Assembly (NCBI RefSeq): GCF_009914755.1
Contig: NC_060926.1
Direction: 5' to 3' (one strand)
DNA: 64,000 nucleotides
Source of the DNA: the human T2T-CHM13v2.0 reference genome, Homo sapiens
This document shows, one piece after another, positions 1-13,368 of this stretch (position 1 is the stretch's first letter; every line of letters starts with the position of its first letter). The notes under the pieces are model-generated. The model worked only from the letters and a program-made list of their open reading frames with translations. It made no database searches and was not told the DNA's origin. The translations under genes and the position numbers were made by a program.

Positions 1-1574
1 ACAAATAGTAAAGAATAGGCTATAGTTCTTAGGTTTAAGAATGGTATATTCTAAAACTAGTAAGAGAAAAAACAGGGACATACTGAAAGAACAGGGTAGA
101 TAAATTCTAGGAGAGAGGAATAACAAAGAGCTATATTAACACCGAGTAGAAAAGATTACCATGGGTTGTTGGGTGTGAGAATTAGAGATCATGTTGCTCA
201 CCCTTTAGCTGCATTTGTGCCCAGATTAACTTCCTCAAAAGTGAATGATGATTTATTTTAATTTGTAAACTGCTGTTTACAAGTGCTAATATGAATGTAA
301 CTGTGGATCATTTTAAGCCAAGTTGCTATAAATCATAGATGATAGATATTTGAGCTAGAAAGCTCCTCTCCAAGGAAAATGTACCAATTATAAACACACT
401 TTATGATGAAATATTTCATTAAGTTGATCCTATTGAATTACTGGGAATGGTCTCCCAAATCTTCATACATTTCTCACATTATTTATTTTTCATGATATTG
501 AGAAAAGCCTTTACAAAGTGAAGCTAATGGCACATGTGTGAGGAGAATGTGAATAATAGATGATAAAAAATAAATCTCTGGCATCTAGAAAACTGGCCTA
601 TTGGGGTACAATTATTTGATGCATATTATCATAAAAATTTTATGTCTAAAAAATGGTAATATAAAGCCATGCAGATCCTTTTGAAAGAGAATTGTGATAA
701 TTGCCGTTGCATGCCAAAATAATTGGTTTTGCTGATCAAAAACTTTTCCATTAGGTACCAAAATGTAACATCTGCCAGTGATATAATGGACCAATAATTG
801 AAGCACATAGTATATCCTCATAGGGGCTACACTGCTGTTTTATTTATTCTTGCCCAACTGTGAAGATAAACTTCACTAAATACATGTGATATCCTGTCAA
901 TTCGGGATAAGCATATTTTTTTCTTGGACAGATGGCTGGTAAGTGAAACACCTGGATCACCCCAGAGCTGCAAAATTACAATCATAGCGGATATATGATG
1001 TCAGAAACAAGTCCACTTAGACAGACTAAAAACATTCAAATATGCAGAGGCAATAACTCCTCTCCCTTTCCAGTTTAGCTGTAAGCTAACATTGTTTCAT
1101 TTGCCTTTAAGATCACTCTATTCCAACCTGACAGGTTTATATTTATAGGTCACCCCATTACAGATTTCTTATTCTGTCTGAAACTTTATTAATCAGAAAC
1201 AAAGCATTATGCTGAATCGGGTATTTGCAATGGAAGATTCAACTTAAAATACGGAATTTCTATCCTCTAGGACATTTTCTCTAATGTCACCAATTTCTCA
1301 ACTCAGTATTCAAACAGTGCAGATTTATTATTTCCTAACAACACACTTTTCATTTAGAAACGTATATTTCTAATTATATCATCTGCCTCATTTGCAAATT
1401 CAACTGTATGTTTCCTAAGATTCTTTGATTACACTCTTGGGGACATTTAGTGAATGTTTACTGACAAGTAGTTATGGCCAGTTAAATAATCATGCCCTCT
1501 ATAGTTGCACTTCTGTACAGTAATTCCATTATACTAATTACTAGTACTTAACTCCTAGTAGTGCTTTTATTTTA

Positions 1575-1786
1575 TGATCTAGAGTCTGTTCTAGGTATCT
1601 CCCATGTAATAAGCCATTTAATGCTAACAACTGTTGATGATATCAGAATTGTTTTTATTTCAATTCTATAGATAACTGAGACCCCAGATGGTTAAACAAC
1701 TTGCTTAAGGTCATGTAGTCACTAAGTGTAGACCCATAACCAGAGCCTAGGGAGTCTTTCTCCAGATCACCTGCCTTTGACCACTC
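1575..1786 (-). mobile_element. MIR SINE (degenerate)
   Basis: Matches the reverse MIR core: attctatagataactgagaccccagatggttaaacaacttgcttaaggtcat...tctttctccaga...tttgaccact. Confidence 0.7.
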
Positions 1787-2711
1787 TTCATCACTGTTTT
1801 CCTATAACTTGATGTGATTTATGATAAACTTTAAACCTTGGTTTTATATTAATCTTTTCTATTTTTCAGATGTTTAGCTTTATACACATCAAATAGCCAT
1901 CACAGAGATTTTTTGTTGTTGTTGGGCTGCCAATATTGAATATGTGGTATATAAGATACATAATACATATTTATGTGTGAATATGTACGTACATATTTCT
2001 GATTGGTTGCCACACCACAGAATTAAATAACATACAGTATTATGTAAAATGCAGATCTTTATCACTCACTCTTGAAAACCTATAAATAATTTCAATATGA
2101 AAATTTTATTGACTCTGAATTACAACACATATTACTAATAATCATATACATATGTTTATCACACAGATTTTCAGCTTATATTACAGTCCTGCACTCATTC
2201 AGCAGAAATCTTCTGCTTTTACTGCAATGCGTAGCAGTTATGCTTCATGACTGACAATTATGTCATATAAAAAATAAGTCACAATTAATAAAAATCAAAA
2301 CTAATATGTGCTACAATTATTTAATGATTTAATAAACTAGGAGAGGGTTTTATGAAAAGACTTATACAAACAAGAGACCCAATTTCCAATTAGAATCAAC
2401 ACTTAAAATTCTTCAAGTTCCTAAGAGTGAGGCAACACCTAATCAGTTTGTTCTTCACATATCCCTCTACCCACAAAGGGGCAGTTACTTTCAAAGAAAA
2501 ACATGGTTAAAATATCTGTTCCCTCCACATGGGTTAGAAATACTTTTGTGAGATAACTGATACACTACAAAAAATGCTGCAAGTGTAAGATCAGAAATTA
2601 TTTGTGTGGTAACCTTACCACATTTGGATATCAGGACTATAATTATAGATTCACAAGGAAAAATAAATTAACTTAATAACTAAAATAGCCCTTAAATGAA
2701 TAGATGTATCA

Positions 2712-2953
2712 TAATAATAGTTAACATTCCCCAAGATTTCACTACATGCCAGGAATGTTCTAAATTCCTAACATCTATGAGTTCATTTAATCCAAATACT
2801 AACACTATGAAGTTAATACTATTATTATTTCCATTTTAATGATGATGAAATAAGTACAAAGAAGCTAAATAACTTGTCCCAGGTCATTTGCAAATCACTG
2901 GGGATGGTATTGAACCCAACTGGTATCCCACAAGAACCTGCACTCTTAATCAC
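2712..2953 (-). mobile_element. MIR SINE
   Basis: tcatttaatcc...ttattatttccattttaatgatgatgaaa...aaataacttgtcccaggtca...ttgaaccca...actcttaatcac, the reverse MIR consensus pattern. Confidence 0.75.
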
Positions 2954-2989
2954 AATTCTTGACAGTTTTTTTGATCCATCTTATTTATA

Positions 2990-3520
2990 AACAATTAGCT
3001 TATTTCAAATTTTGCACTATTTCAAATAATGTTATAATAAGCATGCCAGTACCCACACCTTTTTGAGCTTGTCCTAGTATTTTTAGAGTAAACTTCCTAG
3101 GGATGTAAATGCTGAATCAAAGGACATGAACATTCATCACTGTCAGGTTTGTAGGTGAAAAATGATGCTCTGAACTGTTGTTTTTATTTGCATTTTTTAT
3201 TAGTGAGCATATTTTATTTCAGTGGTGTCTTAGAACCAGCTCATGCAGGTTTTGATTATTTCTTCCCACCCGACTCCACCTTCAATAAAATGAAGTTGGT
3301 AGCTTGAAATTAAACATAGGTGGGAGTTTTCACAGCTTTGAAATCAGCACAGTATAAAAATTAGACTTGCTTTGTTTGTTTTGTTTTGTTTTGCTTTGGA
3401 GAGTTGCTTAAATGTTCACCTTCATAGGCCATTATGTTTCTGCTATGAATAGACTACTCATCTTCTTTGCTCAGGTAAAAGTTGGGTTGAGGTTTTTTTT
3501 TTATTGATTTTTAAGATGAA
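2990..3520 (-). mobile_element. Old L1M (L1ME-like) fragment interrupted by MER63
   Basis: ttcctagggatgtaaatgctgaatcaaagg and tttttatttgcatttttta..tagtgag resemble the antisense L1M ORF2 3' region; similarity resumes after 3420. Confidence 0.5.
3220..3420 (+). mobile_element. MER63A-like hAT-Blackjack DNA transposon
   Basis: Starts cagtggtgtcttagaaccagctc; internal gttggtagcttgaaat...ggtgggagt..tcaca...gaaatcagca, as remembered for MER63A. Confidence 0.65.
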
Positions 3521-5074
3521 TATTTTAACCTAATAAATTATAAACAAGAGGAAAAATTTTGTTATTAATTCTAGTAATCATGATTTTGGTCACACAACTT
3601 AGCCATTTGTTCAAAAATAATATAGATAAAACCCAAAGTGAAAAAGGTTATGAGTTTCAATTTAGAATCTGCTATAAAATTTAAATAATTATTAGGTCTC
3701 CTTATGTTAAAACGATGTTTTAAGTTTGACTTACCTTATTTTAAAATAAATGTATGTATATAATCTATGCCTTTTAGAAATGCTATAAGATAGAGGTTGG
3801 TGAATACACCCTAAAGCTCTGAAGTACCATAGACACTTGAGGTTGTAGTAATAAAAAATAAAAAAGAAAACACTTGAGATTGCAATTTTACTATCATAAA
3901 ACTTTAAACTTCTATGGATTTTATATGCTAATGCCAATGTTGAAGCATTAGAAACAGAGGGCTGAACCATGGGTAGTCTAGACAATTTGCTATATAAATT
4001 TAACTAGCAGGTAACTTCATAGTTACTGATTTTCAAACAATAGCAATGTTCCTGGAACTGCATATAACTAGTAAAAACTGTTTCAGTTAAAAATCAATGA
4101 TGAGATATCACTAAATTAGTGGACATAAAAGAAATAGGGTTTAAACTGTATTCTTCAAACAACATTTATCTTGAATTTTGAAAGGAATGTAATTGTTATC
4201 ATTTTCATATACCTTTTAACTTTCTATTCAAATACACTGAAATACTGCACTATGGAGAAGTTTTTTTGCTACACTTTCAGTTAATTTATAAAAGTAGACT
4301 ATACAAGATGTATAGTCCATTGTACTAACATGAAAGAACATTTTTCAGGACAAAGAAATTAAAATTGTTTCAACAGGAAAATCTGCCAAACCAAGTGACC
4401 ATGAAATTCATTTACACATAATTTTACTATTGCTGGTCAAGAACAATCAGAAAATAAGCTATTCTTCATCTATTTTTCCAAAGATATTTTTACAGATTAA
4501 CTACAAGAGAAAGGTCTATTCTTTTTCATTTTGAATTTGTGATTTAAGAACCTGACACTTTTGAAAAATGCCTTATTACTGCTTTAAGCATGCTCTGTTC
4601 CCATTCTGTTTTCAAAATCATTAAATCATATTTATGAAGTGACCATACACATCACTAGCAATTTTGATAACTGCTTTTCTCCTGCCTTAGGTCATTAGTT
4701 GGACTGAATGTTTTAAAGTGAAATAAAACATTTTATGCGTCACAGAGTAAGAAATGGACTGAATCAAGGGGCTGTGGTTCTTGGTGTTCTCTGCTGTAGC
4801 CTGGGGCTAATTCCCATTTTCAAAACTTTGCTTAAATCTCGATCCTTCCCTGAAATGACCTGGACCTCTTTTCCCCACCAAATCTTAACCTAATCATGTT
4901 CTAAGACCCTGCCGAAAACCCTGTGTTCTTGAATATTTCAACTGTTATTAATCACCCCCTTCTCACCTTGACTCCAAGTACTCAAAGGTATACGACACCC
5001 TTTAATACTTATATATATAAGGCTCTGAATTGGTTGATTTTGTTTTAGGGTCATTTAATTAACAAATGATCAAT

Positions 5075-5230
5075 TCTATTAATAGTAGGCAGGGATTATG
5101 CTTATATATCTTTCTAATAGTCCTAATCACCTACCTGGCACCTTCAAGTACAGTCAAACACTTACATCTGGCCCTAGCACATTTTGGAGCATCTAGTAAA
5201 TACTCACTAAGAGCTCAATAGATTGAATAA
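5075..5230 (+). mobile_element. L2 3' end fragment
   Basis: ggcagggattatg...cctagcaca...tagtaaatactca...ttgaataa resembles the L2 terminus. Confidence 0.45.
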
Positions 5231-5626
5231 AAGTAAACAAAATGTCTTTGTGTTCGTTTGTTTTTGTTTATTTTACCTACTATGCAATTTCATTGCAGTT
5301 ACAAAAATATTACAATTTTAGGTGGATTTGGAAATAATAATAAAAATGTAGCATAGAGTAAAAATTGATATTCAAAATCCAAAACATTTTTATGAATGCC
5401 TCCAAGAATCAGTTCATTTGGCTTTCTTAAATAGAGGTCAGGTTAATTTCACAAGAAAATAAGTATTTTTTTTCTTAGATTCTAGTCTCCTGGCTTCTTT
5501 GCAAGCTGACAAAATATTAGGATTAACAAGGACCAATCTAGTGCACCTTCACCCACGGTCCTCTGTTCATAACACATATACACACCACGCATATGAACAT
5601 CCATGTCCATTAGATATCACAGTTAC

Positions 5627-5935
5627 TTTTTTTTCTTTTTTTTTTTTCTTTTGAGACAGAGTCTCACTCTGTTGCCCAGGCTGGAATGTAGTGGCACAAT
5701 CTTGGCTCACTGCAACCTACGCTTCCCTGGTTAAAGTGGTTCTGATGCCTGTGCCTCCCGAGTATCTGGGATTACAGGTGCACACCACCACATTCAGCTA
5801 AGTTTTTGTATTTTTAGTACAGACAAGGTTTTGCCATGTTGACCAGGCTGGTCTCAAACTCCTGGCCTCAATTGATCTGCTGGAATTGGCCTCCCAAAAT
5901 GCTGGGATTAGAGGTGTGAACCACCACACCCAGCC
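5627..5935 (-). mobile_element. Alu (old AluS/AluJb-like)
   Basis: Poly-T then gagacagagtctcactctgttgcccaggctgg...ccaccacacccagcc; approximate TSD cacagtta on both sides. Confidence 0.95.
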
Positions 5936-7920
5936 AACACAGTTATTTGTTCTTGGGGTATGTGCTTGGTAGACCTCAGAAAAAGAAAAAAAAAAGGCTC
6001 ATCTGCTTGGAATCACTTGAAGATTACAGTTTTAACTATGGGTTTCAATTATTTTGATATTCAGAAATCACGTGCAATTAAAATATAAATAACCCTCAAA
6101 GAGATTATTTTTAAAAATCTGTTAACACGTAAGTACTTCAGATCTTTCCTAGAGTGTCAGTAAGCTCAGAATAACTTGTAGTGGTCATGGTCACTGCGGT
6201 GGGATGCTTAGGGAGAAGAGATCTTAAGTAGGGTCCACATTATAAATTCCTGGGAATATAGGACCATTCTAGGGAGATTGGTTTCTCAGACTTTAGAGGA
6301 ATAATAAGTAATGATGGAATTTGGGAGAAGTCTGGCCCAAAGAGGACATAATAGAATCTAAAAGTAAAATGTCTCAGTTGTAGTGTAGGTATGGGGGACA
6401 GGGAGGGGAAGAAAGTTTAATTTACAAATTACAAGCATACTTTGGAAAAGTTTCATTTCTCTTCATGCACATAAAGTACATATTTCAATATTATAGAATT
6501 TTTTCCATTGTTCTAAAAATGCAAATACATAAAAATTTCTTAGGCAGTTGTCTAATGAATGTTTAAACAGTAAAGTTAATTATCCTACAACTTAAAGTAA
6601 TTTGTATTTGATCAAAACAGCTACGTTAGCATTGAATTCAAACGTTTGCTTACAAGAAATACATTGTTTGTAATTGTCTGTCACCTAACAAAACCCAAGG
6701 CATTTTGAAGTAAAATAAATTTGTATCTCCCATATAGATTTTTTTAATTACGTTTCGACTAAATGAGAAAGACAGGATTGGAAAGTGCCTCCAGAGGTCA
6801 TTTAGTCCATTTCCACTTCTGGCAAACTTCGCCTAAATCATTTCAAACATATGGCTAACTACCTTGTGCCATCTTTGTTAAGCAATCTCCGTTCTTGGCT
6901 GCCCACATTAATGATGTGTGTGCCTACAAACTGGTTTAAGTGTTCTGTGTGATTTAGCTAGTCAAGAGTGTCTGATAATCTGTCTAGTCAGCAAGATATC
7001 TCTCAGTTAAATCAGTCTAACTGAAAATGTGTTCATTAAACTTGGCTAATTTTTTATTTACTTCACTGGTAAATACAATTAAAACACTCAATCAAGTGTA
7101 GATGTCAGAGACAACCAGTAAATCAGGATCTTCCTTAATCTAACTAAATTGTTCCCGACCTGATTTTAACCAAATTTTACTCAACCTACCCACCCTGGAG
7201 CAAAAGACTGTCAAACTATGTTCCTGTTCCTAAACGTCTTCAATAAGTCTTCTTTTCTCTGCCACTTTTGCAGGCAAATAAACTAAAGAGTCAAAGAATG
7301 AAACAGGGATCAGAATGAGCCAACCAAATTTATAAGGAAACCCAAAGAGAGGTTTGTTTTATTTTTTTTAAATGAACATACTCAACAATATTCAAAAGAC
7401 TAATACTGAAAGATAGAAGTATGCAGCGATAAAATACGTCAACATGTTTGCTATTTTCTCTATATTATAGCAGTTATTTCTAAAAATAAGAATTTCAGAC
7501 TATCTCCACCATTATTTTCTTTTCATATTCCTCTGAAGGTAATGAACTAAGTTTTAAATTTGCCTACTTTTTAAAGTAGAACACTTCTCCCTTAAAATCA
7601 AATTTAAATATATAATACTAAGACTTACATTTTTCCTCTGCCTTAGACTAAGATCAGATTTTACATATTGCTCAGAGGCCGAACCCTAAGGTCAAATACA
7701 GTTGGAGTTTACTTGACTCTACTGTTAAAAGGGAAAACAGAGGCATATAGACTCAGATGACAGTCAAAGATGATCTAGACAAAAAATGCAGAATCACAAT
7801 ACTATACTATAATACATAAAACATTTGAGTACTATTATTAACATTGAGACTGTCATTTAAGATATTGTGTCACAATTACCAGCATGTGAGATGATTCTTC
7901 GGTTTAAGATTTCAACCAGA

Positions 7921-8034
7921 AAATATACCTAATGCTAGAGGATGAGTTAGTGGGTGCAGCACACCAGCATGGCACACGTATGTATGTAACTAACCTGCAC
8001 AATGTGCACATGTACCCTAAAACTTAAAGTATAA

Positions 8035-8069
<35 letters not shown>

Positions 8070-8072
8070 ATA
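7921..8072 (+). mobile_element. Severely 5'-truncated young L1 (L1PA2/L1PA3-type) 3'UTR with (AAAT)n tail
   Basis: atatacctaatgctagaggatgagttagtgggtgcagcacaccagcatggcac...gtaccctaaaacttaaagtataata; GAG rather than the Ta-specific ACA diagnostic; possible short TSD aaatat. Confidence 0.9.
8033..8072 (+). repeat. (AAAT)n microsatellite derived from L1 poly-A
   Basis: About 10 perfect AAAT units. Confidence 0.95.
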
Positions 8073-8644
8073 TGTTAATCTTCCATTATAATTATACAAA
8101 TTATATTGACATGTATTGACAATACATGTTAATAAATACTCCAAACTATGGAATTGCTGAAGTAGCTTACATTAGAAAATACAAAAGTAAATTTGAAAAC
8201 AAGAATATCAGTCTTAAATATCAATTTTTTAAGAGCCAGCATTTAAAAATATTCAATACTGAATTTGTTACTAATTTGTAGAATTAATGGCATGCAACTC
8301 CAAAGGAAAAGAGACATTTAAGTGACTCAGATTTGGGATAATATCATAAATTCCTTTCAGTGGCTGTAGCTAGTGTTTTAGAGGGTAGGAAATAATGATG
8401 CAAAATCAGATACAAATTATTTCAGAGACATGAGTGATCTTCAAAGTGAAATATTAGAAGTGATGTTATGAAATACAAGAAATGTGACTGAGAGCTCCTA
8501 ATCTGATATATGGCAATATGTTACCACTCATTAAAGCCCAATTTTAATGCGTTGACAGCTAACCTCGAGAAACAAGACATCTAACTTCAATCCTATAATA
8601 TTATTTGGTGATATATCCTCACAATATCGTACAGGCAAATAAAA

Positions 8645-8799
8645 CGTTCAAATTTGAATTTAGCACTTCTTCTCCTGACAGCTCTAGAATTCCTTAACTT
8701 AGTGAATATAGCCACAATCAATCCAGTTGCTCAAGTCAGAGATCAGGTAGCCATCCATGTCAAATCCCAAATCCTGTCAGATCTCCCTTATAATACCTT

Positions 8800-8883
<84 letters not shown>

Positions 8884-9550
8884 CCCCCCTCACCCCCTCC
8901 CTCCCTCCCTCTTCTCTCCCTCCCTCTTCTCTCCCTCCCTCTCTATCCCGCTACCCACTACAACTCTAGGATAAACTCTTATCATCTCTTGCCTGTATTA
9001 TAACATCCTCTTAAATGGTCAGGGTACACCTCCCTCTCCCACCCGACCTCCTAGACACCTCACCCCTAGGTTTCTCGCTTTCTACCATTCTGTTCTCTCC
9101 ACTGTAACCAGAATGCTTTTTAAAAACAGAAAAGCTAATGATGACAGTCTCCTACATAAAAGTATTCAAAGGCTTCCCGTGGTTTTAGTAAACTTGGCCT
9201 TTAATGCAAAGACAATTTTGTCTCTGCATATCTCTTTTGCTTCATCTAGTGCCACCTTTTTCTTTGTTCAATAGATTTGAATTGGATTTCATCTAGCTGT
9301 GTCTTTTACCTGGAACAAGCTTTCTCCCTCTTCCTACTAGATCCTTCAGAACTCAGTTTAAATACTATTTATTATTTTAGGTCATCTTCCTTCAAGATTC
9401 CTCAGACTAGGTGAATATTGTCTGACATAGTCTTCCATAGACTCAACATACTTATAATGTATTCATTATAAGCTACATGAGAACATGAGAATAGAGACTC
9501 AAAGCCTGTCACTATTCCTGACGAATATGTTCTTATTAAATGCATGCTGA
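8645..9550 (+). mobile_element. L2 LINE relic
   Basis: atccagttgctcaagtcaga, atcatctcttgcctgtattataacatcctcttaaatggtc, tctccactgtaaccagaatgctttttaaaaaca, aggcttccc: typical L2 3' region motifs. Confidence 0.7.
8804..8881 (+). repeat. (TC)39 microsatellite, followed by C/T-rich tract to ~8945
   Basis: Direct reading; explains the SLSLSL ORFs. Confidence 0.98.
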
Positions 9551-9645
9551 ACATTCATTAAGAGCTAAAAATATATAAACAGGTTATTTTTCTATACATG
9601 TAGTCAAATTAGTGCTCAGTGGCTGTTCTGATTATTTTATCATTA

Positions 9646-9890
9646 CAGGTTGAGTATCTCTTATCCAAAATGCTTGGGACTGGAAGTATTTCAGATTTCT
9701 AACTTTTTTTTGGGGGGGGGGGGTGATTTTTGAATATTTGCATAATACCAGTTTAGCATCCTAATCTGAAAATCCAAAATGTAAAATGTTCCAATGAGCA
9801 CTTCCTTTGAGCATCAAGTTGGCATTCAAAAAGTTTTGAATTTTGCAGCATTTCAGATTCTGCATTTTCAGATTGGGGATACTCAAACTT
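9646..9890 (+). mobile_element. Tigger4a (MER46A)-type TcMar MITE
   Basis: TA|caggttgagtatctcttatccaaaatgcttggga ... ggggatactcaaactt|TA; TIRs and TA target duplication. Confidence 0.85.
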
Positions 9891-10884
9891 TATTTGAAAT
9901 TATTAGTGACTTATTCACTGTTCCTTAAATCAGTTGAGTGAATGAGGGTTCTCTTTCCTCTACAATATTCAGATATCTACTGTTGTCATTTCTTCTGCTT
10001 ATCCTCTCCATCACTAATTATTCCTGGTGTCATTTTATTTCAAGACTTCTGTCAGCCTCTTTTCTTCATTATTAGAAATAAAACTGTGAAGTCCTCCAAA
10101 AACTCTGATCCACCTTCAAATGATCCTCTTTTTCATTCCATCACATTCAATTTTTCAAATTCTTTCAAGGCTCTTTCTTGAGAGCGACATATCAAAGAGC
10201 TAGTAATAAGAATCTTCAACACCCCAAATTATAAACAAGTTTCATGCCAATAAGGGCCTAGTGCACTGCACTAAATGTGTAACAGGCATATATACTACAA
10301 AAACATTAAATAAAATATTGCCAATTTGAATAAAATGGTTTATTCTCTTATTACAGGTCTTTAACCTCACATATCTGAGTACCATCCATAAGATTCATAT
10401 CGCTTTGTTTATAATCAGTGATTAGATAGATGGAATTTCTAACCTCCATATTTTACATGCTAAGATTTTAAATTCTGACTTCAAGGAGTTAAAAAAATTA
10501 TGCTCACAAGGACCAAAATATGTAAACCAATTATAAGATCATCTTTACTGTTAGTCAAACCATTTTATGTATAATATTATTCACCATATTGGAATATGTC
10601 TTTGTAAGGTTAATGAAAACACACCTTTTTATAATAAAGCCTACTTTACCAGACATAATGAAATAAAATTTCCATAGGCATAGCTACCTTCTAAGTGAAA
10701 GTTCTATGTTACTTTTTAGTCATTGATAGTTATTACATTCTAAAAAGTTTTACTTACTGAACTAGAAAAATTTTCAAATTTCAAATTAGATTATCTTTGT
10801 TATACTGAGTCAGCATTATCACTAGAGAGTTCTTTAGATGGTGCAATCAACTTAGATAATTTCTATCTTTTAAGAAATGGGGGC

Positions 10885-11240
<356 letters not shown>

Positions 11241-11849
11241 TTATTCACACCACCATCGGTTCCTTTGCAGTGAATGTTGCAGCCCTTAGGGTCAGTGTCA
11301 ACCAATTAAAATTCAAACACATAGACCTGAGAGAAGAAACCCTGTTAATCTATTTCACATCCTAATGATGAAAACCTTTACCTTAAATGAATGTATTTTG
11401 GATAAAGTAGGCCATATTTTTATAAAATATGATATGCCTATTTCAGATCCGAGTATTATTTTAGGAATTAATAAACTAAATCTAGTTCCCATTCATTCTG
11501 AAACTATTTTCAGAATTGTATTTTGAAAACACACATACGCTCACAAACACATATAATATCCTAATGCATCTCAATTAGACTCAGTTGGCTAATACCAAGT
11601 TTCCCTAAAGTTCACTACCCCTCCTTGAGGATCAGAATACTGATCAACACAGCCCTAAGGGCATTTTTTTTTTTTTAGATAAAGATAAACCACTGTATAA
11701 CTACCAAGTTTAATAGCAAGTATAAAATTTCACTAGTAAATGTAGTTTCATAAAACAAGGGTTTAAGAAAGTGATTCTCAAATTTTACACTATATAAGAA
11801 TCATGGACAAGACTTACTACAATACATATTGCATGTCATATCCCCTTCT

Positions 11850-11947
11850 TCTGATTCTGTGGGTCTGCTCAAGAATTTGCATTTCTAACCATTCCCCAGA
11901 TGATGCTGATGCTATTGGCCTGGGGACTACACTTTGAGAACCACCGA
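11850..11947. mobile_element. MER5A hAT-Charlie fragment
   Basis: tctgattc...aagaatttgcatttctaac..ttccccagatgatgctgatgct...cactttgagaaccac. Confidence 0.8.
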
Positions 11948-12057
11948 TTTAACGAATCATCCATTTTTTTTAATGTTACTGCAAATGAGTTTTAATGTTA
12001 CTTTTAAAAAAATGTAATGTGTATTAGGAAACAGAAAATTTTACAACCTAGTTGTAG

Positions 12058-12815
12058 GTATATACACATGTTATACATGTTATACCTGTTATATATAACA
12101 CATGTGTTATACATGTTATACCTGTTATATATAACACGTGTTATACATGTTATACCTGTTATATATAACACATGTGTTATACATGTTATACCTGTTATAT
12201 ATAACACGTGTTATACATGTTATACCTGTTATATATAACACATGTGTTATGCCTGTTACATATAACACATGTGTTATGCCTGTTATATATAACACATGTG
12301 TTATGCATGCTATATATAACACATGCGTTATACATGTCATATATCGCGTGTGTTATACATGTTACATATAACACGTGTTATACATGTTACATATAACACG
12401 TGTTATACATGTTATATATAACACGTGTGTTATATGTTCTATATGTTATATATAATACATGTTATATATGTTCTATGTTATATATAATACATGTTATATA
12501 TGTTCTATATATTATATATAATACATATGTTACATATGTTATATATTATATATGATACATATGTTATATATGTTATATATTATATATGATGCATATGTTA
12601 TATATGTTATATATGTTATATGTTATATATGTTATATGTTATATATGTTATATATTATATGTTATATGTTATATATGTTATATGTTATATATATTATATA
12701 TATTATATAAGTTATATATTATATATTATATATATTATGTGTTATGTTATCTATATGTTATATATATTATATTATATGTGTTATATATTTTATATATAAT
12801 ATTAGATATATATAT
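12058..12815. repeat. AT-rich palindromic minisatellite grading into (TA)n-like low complexity
   Basis: 36/34-bp units tgttatacatgttatacctgttatatataacac(at)g at 12069-12244, then shorter variants, then TATATGTTA-type degenerate repeats. Confidence 0.95.
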
Positions 12816-13368
12816 TCTTTTTTATTTCCTTCTTTGGCATAATTCTAATTTCTAAATGCTAATTTCCCCTATACTCTGTCTGCAAACTCAAGACAGACTA
12901 GTTATGTGAGGTACTATTCAAAATTGAAATAGAACTTTTTAAATTCTTCATATTGATTCGGGCATTGGAAACAGCAATTCCTCAGTTTTCATAGTTATTT
13001 ATCTCAGTTGTCTTTCTCCTGAGTATTATAATCATACCATCAGCCCATGTATATTGAGATCATATTTCAGTCTATATTTATGTTATGTGGTTTTCCATGT
13101 ACATTTTGTTCATTTAGTCATTATCTTTTCTCAGAATTAGCTGAAAAAGGCTATTGGGCAAATGGTGAGAAATGAAGGAAAAAAGGACAAATAGAAAAAT
13201 AGAACAATAATGCCTTTGGTCTTAAGCCTTTCCTTATCTTTCATGGTCTTATCATGGACAAAGGCCACATCTTTTAAAGGATTCATACTGAGATACTCAG
13301 GAGGTCTCACAGGAGTCATATACTATACTCAGTAGAGTGGCTTTATTTTTATTCCCAGCTAGTCCACC

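Noticed and set aside
1850-1872. Strong plus-strand acceptor-like site (also at 10340-10356 and 44823-44840)
   Set aside because: No matching donor with a credible open frame; such sites are common in AT-rich introns
6925-7195. Weak self-similarity suggesting an ancient palindromic repeat
   Set aside because: I could not define arms or assign a family by eye
8654-8974. 106-aa Ser/Leu-repeat ORF
   Set aside because: Translation of the (TC)n microsatellite within L2
12004-12855. Multiple overlapping Tyr/Ile-rich ORFs; superficially CRISPR-like palindromic repeats
   Set aside because: Tandem minisatellite with no unique spacers, in primate DNA
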